The notes under the pieces: generated by a model | Databases searched by the model: none | Told to the model about the DNA's origin: nothing | What the model saw: only the letters and a program-made list of their open reading frames with translations | IMG/VR virus record: IMGVR_UViG_3300037183_000093 | Span: 1 to 47,710 of that record | Reading direction: 5' to 3' (one strand) | Length of the DNA: 47,710 nucleotides | Origin: a virus | Taxonomy: Duplodnaviria > Caudoviricetes | Made by a program: the position numbers and the translations under genes | In this document: positions 1-9,245 of the stretch, piece after piece | Position numbering within the stretch: the first letter of the stretch is position 1 | Layout: the number at the start of each line of letters is the position of its first letter

Positions 1-151
1 CTTGCGGATGAGGAAGACGCCGTCGCCGCAGAAGGCAAAGCCGACAACGTAGCGGGTCAGGTTGGGGTCAGGGCGCAGGGGACTGTCAGGGGTGGTGGTC
101 ATTGGTAGGTACTTACCCCGTTTATCCCGCGGGACTTGCAGGGGTATAGTG
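1..151. repeat. Direct terminal repeat (left copy); most likely circular-assembly overlap
   Basis: 1-151 matches 47560-47710 at 150/151 nt (C127 vs T47686). It cuts through the 5' end of the NUDIX gene (start duplicated at 102). Confidence 0.95.
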
Positions 152-159
152 GTCCCCTT

Positions 160-597
160 ATGGACCACGCAGAACAGCTGGCGCACGCCGTCACTCAGCT
201 GGCGCACGAGGTTCGCGCGCTGGCCGCAACCCACAACCTGCAGCAAACACTGGAAAAACTCATGTCTCAAGTATCCGACTTCCTGGCCAAGCAGACGGCC
301 TTCAACACGCGGCAGGCAGCCGCCATCGACCAGGCCGTGGAGGCCATCAACGGTGTCGTCACGGCGCAGGGCGGCCTGGCCGAGGACATCCAGGGCCTCA
401 ACGACAAGATCGCCGAGCTCCAGAACAGCCCCGGCACGTTCAGCACCGCCGACCAGGCCACGGCCGACGCCCTCGAGGCCGCCGGCGAGGCCCTGAGCAC
501 CAAGGCTGAGACCATGGGCACCACGCTGGCGACCGTCGCCACGGCGCTCAAGGCCCTCGACGACCAGACGCCCCCCAAGGCGCCGCCGGCCAGCTGA
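160..597 (+). CDS. Hypothetical Ala/Gln-rich coiled-coil protein
   Basis: ATG at 160, 9 nt after a TATAGT -10-like hexamer (145-150). High-GC3 codon usage and heptad-like sequence (LAEDIQGLNDKIAELQNS). Confidence 0.7.
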   Translation: MDHAEQLAHAVTQLAHEVRALAATHNLQQTLEKLMSQVSDFLAKQTAFNTRQAAAIDQAVEAINGVVTAQGGLAEDIQGLNDKIAELQNSPGTFSTADQATADALEAAGEALSTKAETMGTTLATVATALKALDDQTPPKAPPAS

Positions 598-608
598 GGC
601 AGTAGCGG

Positions 609-1490
609 TCACTGGCGGAACTCCTCCACGATATCCTGAAGCTGGTTGCGCTCCAGGTCCTGGGCGTGCACCGCGGCGTCCCAGGCGGGCATGTCAATCA
701 AGTCCTTGATGGCGTTCTCGACCAGGGCGGCCAGCTCCAGCGGCGGGATGGCGTCGAGCTCCCAGCTGCTCTCGCCGTGCTCCTCGACGTAGGCGCCCGC
801 CCGGCTGTCACTCATCTTGGCGGGGTTCTCGGGCAGCGCCCAGTGGTCCACCTGGTCGCGGTTGAGCGCCACGCGGTGCACCGTGACCGGGCCATCGGAG
901 AACAGCTCCAGGCGCTCCTGCACGTCGCGTGTCATGTCGACGCCCGACGGGTCGTGGTCCCCGCAGTAGAGGACGTGCACCGTGTGGTGCTCGACGTCGC
1001 GCATGGATTGGAGATACTTGCCGCGCTCGTACAGCGATGAGGACGAGGAGTAGCCCTTGTTGGCGGTGAAGGGCACCTCCCAGCGCTGGCACACGGGCAG
1101 GAGCACACCTTCCAGGGCCTGCTTCTCCACCATCACCTCGACGTAGCGCGGCTGGCCCTTCCACTTGCTGCGGCGGTACGCGTCGTTGAGCTGCTGGAGG
1201 TAGTCGGCCATGTTGTCCCAGGTGCTGACGCTGTGCGTCACGCGGCCCCGGTCGCGGATGGCGTCCCAGTCGACCAGGCCGGCGATGCGCCCGTCCGAGA
1301 TGAGGCCCTCGAGCTGCTTGGCGTTGGCCTTGGTGTTGCGGTACCAGTTGCGGCTCACGAACTGGTAGTGCACCTGGCGCGCCGTGAGGTCGTAGCCCAT
1401 GGCCAGGTACTCGCCGACGATGGCGTTGATGCGGTCGATCGCCTGCAGGGCGGCCGGGAGGAAGCGGATGTCTCGAAATTTCTCCTTCAT
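609..1490 (-). CDS. TOPRIM-domain protein, topoisomerase VI-A/Spo11-like family
   Basis: N-terminal LTARQVHYQ helix with a candidate Tyr; VEVMVEK (TOPRIM Glu); KGYSS; LYCGDHDPSG (DxD); C-terminal WELDAIPP. Confidence 0.8.
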   Translation of the reverse strand: MKEKFRDIRFLPAALQAIDRINAIVGEYLAMGYDLTARQVHYQFVSRNWYRNTKANAKQLEGLISDGRIAGLVDWDAIRDRGRVTHSVSTWDNMADYLQQLNDAYRRSKWKGQPRYVEVMVEKQALEGVLLPVCQRWEVPFTANKGYSSSSSLYERGKYLQSMRDVEHHTVHVLYCGDHDPSGVDMTRDVQERLELFSDGPVTVHRVALNRDQVDHWALPENPAKMSDSRAGAYVEEHGESSWELDAIPPLELAALVENAIKDLIDMPAWDAAVHAQDLERNQLQDIVEEFRQ

Positions 1491-2269
1491 GACTTGAGCG
1501 CGGGGTTGATGGTGATCTCGCGGCCCTGGCGCTTGCCCTCCAGGTGCGCGGAGTAGTCATTCACGCGGCCGTAGTCCGTGGTCACGTAGCGGAGGCGGGG
1601 ATGCTGCTCCTTGAGACTGGCCTCGCGCTTTGCGTCCTCGCCCTGGATAACCAGCGCGACGGTGCGGTTAGCGGCGGCGCCGTTGTCCAGCTCGGCCTGC
1701 AGCTCCTTCTCAGTGCGGCCGCGTTCGGCCTCGAGCTTCTCGTCCAGGCCATAGTACAGGCCGCCGTAGAACCCGTTGCGGTCCACCATGCTGAGCTCCG
1801 GGCGCCGCTTCAGCTCGGCCAGCCAGCGGCGTGTGAACTCGTGGAACAGGAACCCGTACACGTACATGGCGATCTGCACGGCGCTCTTGCGGCCGTGGAG
1901 CTCCATGTAGTCGACGCGCCCGTAGCGCTTCTGGCCGTCGTGGCGAGTGAACTCGGTGCGCCGGTAGGACGTGATCACGTCCACGGCGAAGTAACGCTGC
2001 AGGAGGCGGGTGATCCACTTGTGGCTGGTGGGGAACCGAGCCATGAACGCACCGCGGTACCCGGTGGGCTTGAACTCGCCCGTCTCGAACGGTTCGCCGG
2101 CTGTGGTCACCTCCTGCACGTCAACCTCGGAGATGTCCACGCCGTGCTTCATCGCCAGGCGCTGCGCCATGGCCAGGGCCGTGTCGCGCTCGGCGTCGGT
2201 GCCGCCGTGCTCCATGCGGAGCAGCTTGCGGATCTTCTCGACGACGGCGGGGTCGGCGGTGGCGCTCAT
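1487..2269 (-). CDS. DUF2786-domain protein
   Basis: N-terminal VVEKIRKLLRM...AERDTALAMAQRLAMKHGV is the DUF2786 pattern. ATG 2269 overlaps the upstream stop (ATGA) and follows GAGGAG. Confidence 0.75.
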   Translation of the reverse strand: MSATADPAVVEKIRKLLRMEHGGTDAERDTALAMAQRLAMKHGVDISEVDVQEVTTAGEPFETGEFKPTGYRGAFMARFPTSHKWITRLLQRYFAVDVITSYRRTEFTRHDGQKRYGRVDYMELHGRKSAVQIAMYVYGFLFHEFTRRWLAELKRRPELSMVDRNGFYGGLYYGLDEKLEAERGRTEKELQAELDNGAAANRTVALVIQGEDAKREASLKEQHPRLRYVTTDYGRVNDYSAHLEGKRQGREITINPALKS

Positions 2270-2493
2270 CGAGCACTCTCCTCGCACTGGTGGACGACGA
2301 CCCACTCGCGGGGCGTGAGGGCGGCGGTGATGTCCAGGCACTGAAGCCGACGGAACGTGGCGAGCACCGTGCCGCGCTGCTGGTAGCGGCGCGTGCTGCC
2401 GATGCAGCCGCGCTGGTAGTCCTCGACGGCGACCTCGAACTCGGCGAGGGCGCCCTGCTGGACGGAGTCGAACTGGCGGATGTTGGTAGTCAT
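2266..2493 (-). CDS. Hypothetical protein
   Basis: 75 aa ORF, ATGA-coupled to the DUF2786 gene, with a C/A-rich leader. Confidence 0.6.
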   Translation of the reverse strand: MTTNIRQFDSVQQGALAEFEVAVEDYQRGCIGSTRRYQQRGTVLATFRRLQCLDITAALTPREWVVVHQCEESAR

Positions 2494-2503
2494 GGGAGGT
2501 AGT

Positions 2504-2953
2504 TTAGCGAAATTCTACGCGGGCCGGCAGCGGCTCGCACTTGGCCAGGGTATCGAGCTCGAGCTGGTTGCGCTCCAGGCCCAGCTTGGTGCCAGTACCG
2601 GACGTGCCCCCGGGGCCGTACTGCGCGAGCCACCGTTGGCAGCTCTTCACGGCGGCGGCGATGCACTCGGCGCTGGTGGGCAGCGCGGCGGCGATGGCAT
2701 CCACTTCGGCCTCGGTGCGGCACAGCACGGTCCACTTGGCGTAGAGCCGGCGCTCCAGGTTGCCCCGGCTGGTGCGGGCGGTGCCCTGCTTCTTGCCCAG
2801 GCTGGTGATCATAACGGACTCGGCAAAGACGACGGCCTGCAGGCTGGCACTGGTATGGTCCCAGCCGGCGGCGCGGCTGTGCTGGACATCGACGAGGAAG
2901 ACGACCTCACCCTTCTTGGGCAGAGGGTCGCAGGAGTAGGGGGTGGTGTTCAT
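2504..2953 (-). CDS. Hypothetical protein
   Basis: ATG 2953 lies directly downstream of the conserved promoter-like motif; operon-consistent strand. Confidence 0.6.
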   Translation of the reverse strand: MNTTPYSCDPLPKKGEVVFLVDVQHSRAAGWDHTSASLQAVVFAESVMITSLGKKQGTARTSRGNLERRLYAKWTVLCRTEAEVDAIAAALPTSAECIAAAVKSCQRWLAQYGPGGTSGTGTKLGLERNQLELDTLAKCEPLPARVEFR

Positions 2954-3000
2954 AGCGGGGACAAGTCTCGGGCCGTCGCACGCAGAAGTAAAGCCAAAAG
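2951..3000 (-). promoter_or_regulatory. Conserved early promoter-like motif, copy A
   Basis: - strand TTTTGGCTTTACTTCTGCGTGCGACGGCCCGA...GCTATG; 26/32 nt identical to the copy at 37600-37650. Confidence 0.6.
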
Positions 3001-3020
3001 AGTTTTGCACGTGCAACCTC

Positions 3021-5606
3021 CTACACCCCAAGCTCCTGCGCCGCCTCGGGGTCGGCCTCCGCGGCGCGCTCCTGCAGCGTGGCGAGCAGCGCGCCCGCCC
3101 CCACGCTGCTGCCCACGGGCGCCCAGGCGTGGTGCTTGTGGCCGCCCAGAGTGACGCGCCCCAGGTGCTCGTAACCCTCGTCGCGCAGCAGGCTGGCTAC
3201 GTACTGGCCGCTGATGCGCGTGCTGCTGCGCCCCTCCATCATCTGCAGTAGCACAGCGCTGCTGAGTACGTCGGGCTTGACCAGCGGATTGTCGCCCTCG
3301 GCAATCAGCTCACGCATGATGGCCAGCGGATCACTCGCGCTGTCCTGCACCAGCTGCTGCATGAAGCACGTGAGCGGCGCCGGGCCGTCCGTAGGAAAGT
3401 CGTCTGGTATCGGCACGCTCTCCAGCCAGCTGCGCAGGCCAGCTGGCAGGTCACGCAGCATGGCGAACAGGGGCGTAAAGTATCCTGGGCCCAGCAGCTC
3501 CACCTGGTCACGGGCCTGGAATCGGGCCTTGAGCACAAAGTACCGCCGGTCGTTGCCCGTCACGGGCAGCGCGTCGTGGTGGTTGGTGAACAGGATGTAG
3601 TTGGTGTGGTTCGGCACGCTGCGGCTGTCGCGGAACCGCTGATTCACGTTGACAGGCGAATTGGTGATCAGGGGCTTCAGCGTGTTCATCACCTCGTGCC
3701 GATTCTGCCCTGCCACACGCACCTCCTCGAGCGCGACTACCTGGGCGCCGTAGGCCCAGTCGTTCCACTGGCCACACAGCGCGTTGCCGTCGATGGGGCG
3801 CACATGTCCGGGACCGAGGACGGCCGCCAGTGCCTCGGCGAAGAATGTCTTGCCGCACCCTTCCGCGCCCTGCAGTAGCACGGCCCAGCGGATCTTGACG
3901 CCGGGGCGCTGCACCACGTGAGCTATCCAGTGCAGCAGCGTCGCGCGATACCCGGCGTCCTCAATGAGCAGATCCAGATGCGCCTGAAACAGCCGACCCG
4001 CCTCCGCTGCCTCCTCCGGAGCCGGCTCAGGATAATTGCGTACGTATGTATTGGCATAGGCTTTGCCGTCCTGATGCAGAAATGCATCGTTGGGTTGGCT
4101 GGGATCGTACAGGTAGTCGTACACAACGGGCACCTGCACATGGTTCAAAAGATAGTCCTGAGGCGCGACGACGGGTCGACTCCTCGTGTTCAGCGATGCA
4201 TCACCCGCCTCCTTCAGCTGCTCCTCACTGGGCAGCAGCCTATTGCCGTACGCGCGGTCCAACGCCTCAGGACTAAGCTGTTCGCCCGTAGCCGGGCGGA
4301 AAAACTGGTTCACATGGCCCACGTAGCACATGCCCTTGGCCCACGTGGGGACGCGCTCCTTGTGCTCCTTTTGCTGGCTGGCACGCTGCTTGTGGGCACG
4401 CAGATCCTTACGCAGTGACGCTAGGCTGGCCTTAATGTCCTCCTGGCGCAGACGGCGGATCACTTCCTGCAGCAGGGCCTCCTCCTCGCTCTTGGTGAGC
4501 AAGGGTGTGGCTGCGATCCAGTCGATGCCCTCGTGCATGAGACGTTCGATGCTCAGGTCCGGGTAGGCACGGATCCGATCGCGCACGCTGGCGAACAGGC
4601 GCTCCTGTGTGGTGCCCGAATTCCAGCCGGCCGCCTTGGCACGGGCCAGCACGCTGCGGATAGTGACGGGCGCCCGGCCGCGTGGCTGCGGGCGCAGGCT
4701 GCGCCACTTGGCCGCCGTGTCCTCGGGGCCGACGTACTTCTGGCCTCCGCTGGACCACTCGTCAAACAGGGCGTACGCGCGGTCCGCGTCGGGATCGTTA
4801 GGGAACTGGTGGCGCAGGGCAGCGGCCACGTCCAGCCACTCGCCATAGGCGCAGTCGGGGTCCAGCGCTGCGAGGGCGCTGGCTGCATCGGCCAGCGTGA
4901 CCTCGTCCACCACGGTGCGCAGGAAGTCCAGGTCGTCGTCTGTGCCAGATGCATCTGGTGTTGGCGTGGTGGGCACGTCTCCGTAGAGCATGTCCATCGC
5001 AGTGAGATCCGCCGCTGCGTATGCACGACCGTCCGTGGTGGCCCACACCAGCGGATGGCCCTCGTCGCCCTTGAAGAGTGTTGGCAGGTACATGGGCTGC
5101 ACCACGACGCGGCTCTCGCGCGTAATCGCGGGCAGGCCCAGACGGCGTGCTATGTCGAGGAGCGCCGCCGTGTAACAGTCCAGGGGCAGCCCGGCCGCCT
5201 CCACAAGCACACGGACGCGGGGCGCCGTGGGTGTGCTGGACGCCGTCGTGTGCACGGCGAAGTTGAACGGTGCCAGCTGGCCAGCCACAGTCTCCGGACT
5301 GGAAACGAACGGCGCGGCCTGGTGTGCGTCGTCTACGTCCAGACACAGCAGCGTGACCACCTGGGCCAGCTCCAACAGCCGGGGACTTGGGCTCTGCGCG
5401 AACGTGCATGGCACCACGTAGGGCACGCGCTTGGCGCGCTGGCGGGTGGCCTTGTCCATGGCTGCGTATTGGGCACGTGTCACGTTGAGGGGCACGGCCA
5501 TGTTGAGCACCTCGTCGACGAGGGCACGGAATGTGGCCTGGGGCAGCTGGCGAACGTGACCGAGATCGGACGCGTCGCCGCCGAAGAACGCTGGGGCGAA
5601 TATCAT
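3021..5606 (-). CDS. Primase-helicase (primase-like N-terminus, PriCT-2 region, C-terminal SF3/D5-like P-loop NTPase)
   Basis: YGEWLDVAAAL...LFDEWSSGGQKY...KWRS (PriCT-2); Walker A GAEGCGKT; Walker B VVALEE; FTNH...NDRRYFV. Confidence 0.85.
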   Translation of the reverse strand: MIFAPAFFGGDASDLGHVRQLPQATFRALVDEVLNMAVPLNVTRAQYAAMDKATRQRAKRVPYVVPCTFAQSPSPRLLELAQVVTLLCLDVDDAHQAAPFVSSPETVAGQLAPFNFAVHTTASSTPTAPRVRVLVEAAGLPLDCYTAALLDIARRLGLPAITRESRVVVQPMYLPTLFKGDEGHPLVWATTDGRAYAAADLTAMDMLYGDVPTTPTPDASGTDDDLDFLRTVVDEVTLADAASALAALDPDCAYGEWLDVAAALRHQFPNDPDADRAYALFDEWSSGGQKYVGPEDTAAKWRSLRPQPRGRAPVTIRSVLARAKAAGWNSGTTQERLFASVRDRIRAYPDLSIERLMHEGIDWIAATPLLTKSEEEALLQEVIRRLRQEDIKASLASLRKDLRAHKQRASQQKEHKERVPTWAKGMCYVGHVNQFFRPATGEQLSPEALDRAYGNRLLPSEEQLKEAGDASLNTRSRPVVAPQDYLLNHVQVPVVYDYLYDPSQPNDAFLHQDGKAYANTYVRNYPEPAPEEAAEAGRLFQAHLDLLIEDAGYRATLLHWIAHVVQRPGVKIRWAVLLQGAEGCGKTFFAEALAAVLGPGHVRPIDGNALCGQWNDWAYGAQVVALEEVRVAGQNRHEVMNTLKPLITNSPVNVNQRFRDSRSVPNHTNYILFTNHHDALPVTGNDRRYFVLKARFQARDQVELLGPGYFTPLFAMLRDLPAGLRSWLESVPIPDDFPTDGPAPLTCFMQQLVQDSASDPLAIMRELIAEGDNPLVKPDVLSSAVLLQMMEGRSSTRISGQYVASLLRDEGYEHLGRVTLGGHKHHAWAPVGSSVGAGALLATLQERAAEADPEAAQELGV

Positions 5607-5716
5607 AAGCTGAACACGGGAAGCACATGGCTGCCGCAGCGTGCAGAGGAAGGCAAGCTAAATCGGTGTGACATTCGCAAATCTTATGCATCTCATTCGA
5701 GCCAACAACTGATTAA

Positions 5717-5894
5717 GGTCCTGGACCGATTAAATTAATCGGTCCCACAGGTTTCACCTCGACAGGGACCGATGGACCGATTGGGACGAACCTTTAAAGA
5801 GCGCGGGCGAGGAGTAACATGATGAATTTCTGTAGCCGGGGGGAAGAGAATAAGAAGAAGCATCCGGTCCGGTCCGTCGGTCCGGATTCGGTCC
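5717..5894. repeat. GGACCG/CGGTCC repeat cluster with a perfect palindrome; candidate origin or packaging site
   Basis: GGACCGATTAA-A-TTAATCGGTCC at 5723-5745. Eight GGACCG/CGGTCC hexamers (5723, 5740, 5766, 5774, 5865, 5870, 5878, 5889) lie in the AT-richer divergent intergenic gap. Confidence 0.6.
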
Positions 5895-5965
5895 GGCTTT
5901 GGGCTGTTCAGTCGCTTTTGAGCTTGTGTTTGGGACTACTCCCAAATTAAGGATTATCTTTTAGC

Positions 5966-6241
5966 GTGGAACCCTCCTTAACAACATGGCCTGGTCGACG
6001 TGTCCGGAAGCATCGCTGCGTGACGATGCGGCTCACGGACGATCTGGTACGGATGGCGGACGCGCTCGCGCAAGGCTCAGATGCGCCGCGCAAGGCCGTA
6101 CTGGAGTTGGCCTTGTTGCATGCGCTGCGAGATCCTGCGTTCCTGGTGATGGTGCAACGCTACATCATGGAGGTACGTGGTGTGCGCCGAAAGATTCGTC
6201 TTGCCAGGCAGCGCGTCTGGAACCATAGGAGGCTTTTATGA
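5966..6241 (+). CDS. Putative ribbon-helix-helix DNA-binding protein
   Basis: VTMRLTDDLVRMADALAQ...PRKAVLELAL resembles the RHH/CopG pattern; ATGA overlap with terS. Confidence 0.55.
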   Translation: MEPSLTTWPGRRVRKHRCVTMRLTDDLVRMADALAQGSDAPRKAVLELALLHALRDPAFLVMVQRYIMEVRGVRRKIRLARQRVWNHRRLL

Positions 6242-6801
6242 GCCACGACAACATTCTCACTTCCCTGGACCTGCGTAACCTGGGAGATGGCGGGCCGGAG
6301 CCGATGACGCCGGAGGGCGCACTGGCACTGAGGCAGCAACCCTTCTACTGCCCAGTCGATCCTGAAGAGCTTATCGACCTGCCTGCCAGTCAGCGTCGGC
6401 GCCACATCCGCCTAGCCAAACTGGCACAGGAGTACCTGGTGGACTTTGATCTGGTGCGTGCATGTGCACGGGCCGGCGTCGATTGGGATCTAATACGCAC
6501 AGCAGAGCGTGATCCCATCTTCATCATGATGGTGCGTGATCTGCTTGATTGCATGCCACCCGAGGCCGTAATCACACGTGCCGAGATTCTCCAGATGCTC
6601 AAGCGTGAGGCATGCACCGCAGGCAAGGCCAGCGATCGCATCAATGCTATTGCGCAGTTGGCGCGTCTGGGTGGCATGGAGTTGGGCGATGGTAAGGATG
6701 CCAGTAAGCAAGCACCCACCATCAACATCACTTTAAACGGCGTGCCTGCTGCAGAGCGACCCACCATCAACGTAACCCCAACACCAGCACAACTCCTATG
6801 A
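6238..6801 (+). CDS. terS: Terminase small subunit
   Basis: EYLVDFDLVRACARAG HTH-like segment; ITRAEILQMLKREA...SDRINAIAQLARLGGM oligomerisation region; position upstream of terL. Confidence 0.75.
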   Translation: MSHDNILTSLDLRNLGDGGPEPMTPEGALALRQQPFYCPVDPEELIDLPASQRRRHIRLAKLAQEYLVDFDLVRACARAGVDWDLIRTAERDPIFIMMVRDLLDCMPPEAVITRAEILQMLKREACTAGKASDRINAIAQLARLGGMELGDGKDASKQAPTINITLNGVPAAERPTINVTPTPAQLL

Positions 6802-7073
6802 GTGGTCCTCCCCAGGCAGTCATCAACTTGTCCAGACTCACCGAAGACGAACGCATCATGGTCGTCGGCGCGCAGTGCATGCGGCAAGGTCTGCGTGTGA
6901 GCATGATTACAGACAGCACTCCGGGCAAGGCACAGCGCTACGCGGACAAGCTGAAGCTCAACTTCCCCGGCATCGTCATTACCACCATGGCAGGCCCCAC
7001 GGCGGGCGTGGTCACCTTGTTTCTGAGTGCACCGGCAACGCATGCACCTTCAGGACATGTCGGCAGCAACTGA
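6798..7073 (+). CDS. Hypothetical protein
   Basis: ATGA overlap with terS; 91 aa. Confidence 0.55.
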   Translation: MSGPPQAVINLSRLTEDERIMVVGAQCMRQGLRVSMITDSTPGKAQRYADKLKLNFPGIVITTMAGPTAGVVTLFLSAPATHAPSGHVGSN

Positions 7074-7320
7074 CCGTCGTTGGCCGGGCACGGGTTGGGA
7101 AGTCCTGAGACCATGCTGGCAGGATCCCTTCCGCCATGTTGTGCCACGAGATGATGAGCGAGTGCACGTGCCACGTGGCACGGGTTGCTGGTGCGCGCCG
7201 CGCGTTGAGTATGCTGATCCAGAGAGTGGTGCCCGTTACCCCGCACCCATCGTCGTGCATCATGCAGCAGACTGCCGTGAACTGGTGGAGGAAGCGGAGC
7301 GAATTGCTCGCCGCACATGA
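7057..7320 (+). CDS. Small His/Cys putative metal-binding protein
   Basis: HVVPRDDERVH...CWCAP...VVHHAADCRE; its stop overlaps the terL ATG. Start uncertain (7027/7042/7057). Confidence 0.6.
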   Translation: MSAATDRRWPGTGWEVLRPCWQDPFRHVVPRDDERVHVPRGTGCWCAPRVEYADPESGARYPAPIVVHHAADCRELVEEAERIARRT

Positions 7321-8777
7321 GCACGCTCACGGACAGCCAGGTCAACATCGTGCTGCATCCACGGCAGAGTCAGGCATTCACCAGTCGTGCCACGGAGATC
7401 TTGTACGGTGGCGCGGCCGGCGGAGGCAAGAGTCATCTCATGCGCGCCGCGAGCATCGTGTGGTGCAGCGAGATCCCAGGATTGCAGGCATATCTGTTTC
7501 GGCGCATCAGTGACGATCTGTTCAAGAATCACATGGCCGGGCCGGGCAGTTTTCCTGAGTTGCTGGCGCCCTGGCTCAACAGTGGACTGGTGACCTACAA
7601 CGGAGGGAAGAACTTCCTGCAATTCTGGAACGGGGCACGCATCTGGATGTGCCACTGCCAGTACGAGAAGGACATGTTCAAGTACCAGGGTGCTGAGATC
7701 CACGTACTGCTCGTCGACGAGCTCACCCACTTCACTGAGAAGATCTATCGCTTCCTGCGTGGTCGGTGCCGCCTGGGCAGTCTGAAGATCCCGCCCAAGT
7801 ATGCCGGGCTGTTTCCTCGGGTGCTGAATGGCAGTAATCCGGGTGGCATTGGGCACACGTTCGTGCGTCGCATGTTCGTGAACGGCGCCGCGCCCATGGA
7901 TGTACGTCTGCAACCCAAGGGCGAGGGTGGTATGCTGCGGCAGTTCATCCCAGCGCGCATTCAGGACAATCCCACGCTCATGGACAACGACCCTGGCTAC
8001 CTGGAACGCCTGGATGGTCTGGGCAGTCCTGAGCTGGTGCGCGCTCTCAAGGAGGGCGACTGGAACATCGTCGCCGGCGGCGCACTGGATGATCTATGGA
8101 CGGAGAAATTGCGCGTGCCCAGATTCAAGGTGCCCGCCGGATGGCGTCTGGACCGCAGTCTGGACTGGGGCAGTGCGGCACCGTTCAGTGTGGGCTGGTG
8201 GGCAGAGGCAGATGGCACAGAGGCCACGTGGCCCGATGGCACCAAGTGGTGCCCACCCAAGGGCACGTTGGTGCGCATTCACGAGTGGTATGGCAGTCCC
8301 GAGGTGGGCACCAACGTGGGTGTGCGCCTGGGGAGCACGGCTGTGGCTCGGGGTGTCAAGGCAGAGGAGGAGCTGCTGCGCATGAAGGGCTGGATCGCTG
8401 GCGATGTGCGCCCCGGTCCGGCGGATAATGCCATCGAGTCCGTCGAGGATGACGAGAGTGATAGCATCGCCAAGAAGATGCGCAAGGAAGGTGTGGCCTG
8501 GACGCCGTCGGACAAGTCGCCTGGCAGCCGCAAGGTGGGCCTGCAGTTGGTGCGTGATCGCCTGACGAGCAGTCACACAGGCGAGGGCCCAGGGCTGTTT
8601 TTCTGCACGAATTGCACCGTCGCCTTCGCCACACTGCCCGTGCTCCCGCGCGATCCACGCGACCCTGAGGACGTGGACAGTGGCAGTGAGGACCACCTGT
8701 ACGACGAGGTGCGCTACCGCTGCCTGGCGGACAGGAAGCGCTACGCTATGGCCGTCCCAGTGCGGTGGCCAACTTAG
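7317..8777 (+). CDS. terL: Terminase large subunit
   Basis: Walker A YGGAAGGGKS; Walker B LLVDELTHF; coupling motif GSNPGG; RNase H-like SLDWG and DHLYDEVRY. Confidence 0.95.
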   Translation: MSTLTDSQVNIVLHPRQSQAFTSRATEILYGGAAGGGKSHLMRAASIVWCSEIPGLQAYLFRRISDDLFKNHMAGPGSFPELLAPWLNSGLVTYNGGKNFLQFWNGARIWMCHCQYEKDMFKYQGAEIHVLLVDELTHFTEKIYRFLRGRCRLGSLKIPPKYAGLFPRVLNGSNPGGIGHTFVRRMFVNGAAPMDVRLQPKGEGGMLRQFIPARIQDNPTLMDNDPGYLERLDGLGSPELVRALKEGDWNIVAGGALDDLWTEKLRVPRFKVPAGWRLDRSLDWGSAAPFSVGWWAEADGTEATWPDGTKWCPPKGTLVRIHEWYGSPEVGTNVGVRLGSTAVARGVKAEEELLRMKGWIAGDVRPGPADNAIESVEDDESDSIAKKMRKEGVAWTPSDKSPGSRKVGLQLVRDRLTSSHTGEGPGLFFCTNCTVAFATLPVLPRDPRDPEDVDSGSEDHLYDEVRYRCLADRKRYAMAVPVRWPT

Positions 8778-8846
8778 TTCTTGCCTTTTGCGGAACAATC
8801 GGGCAGGAGCGGGTTCTGCCGACAGCCAATTAACTCCTCTTCTCCT

Positions 8847-9233
8847 ATGCCATTCAACGACGACCAACCTCGCGATGACAAGGGAATGTGGACCAGTGGT
8901 GGCAGCACCACGGGCGCCCAGGGGCTGCCGCCCAGCGCCTACGCGGCCGGGATGCGCCCGGTGCCAGCACCCACGGCGCCCGTGTCCATCGGACAAGAGG
9001 CCACAGCGAGCGCCAGTGTGCACGACTTTCTGAATACGCACAACACGACGGCCAAGGCCATGGCACGGCTGGCTACGCATCCACTAGGCAAGCTCCAGGC
9101 GGCGCTGAAGATGCTGGAGGAGTCTGGCAAAATAGATCTGGCCACGCGCACCATGGATGACTATCTGAGGAAAGCTATTGCGGCACGCGGACAAGGTGAT
9201 TTTCGTAACAGTGCGTTCCCACGTCGTCCGTAA
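8847..9233 (+). CDS. Hypothetical protein with N-terminal DQPRDxxGxW motif
   Basis: ATG 8847 gives MPFNDDQPRDDKGMWTSGG; lies between terL and portal. Confidence 0.6.
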   Translation: MPFNDDQPRDDKGMWTSGGSTTGAQGLPPSAYAAGMRPVPAPTAPVSIGQEATASASVHDFLNTHNTTAKAMARLATHPLGKLQAALKMLEESGKIDLATRTMDDYLRKAIAARGQGDFRNSAFPRRP

Positions 9234-9245
9234 TTTCACATCACT

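Noticed and set aside
1-151. Biological direct terminal repeat
   Set aside because: 151 bp is read-length sized and it bisects a gene; more likely an assembly overlap of a circular/permuted genome.
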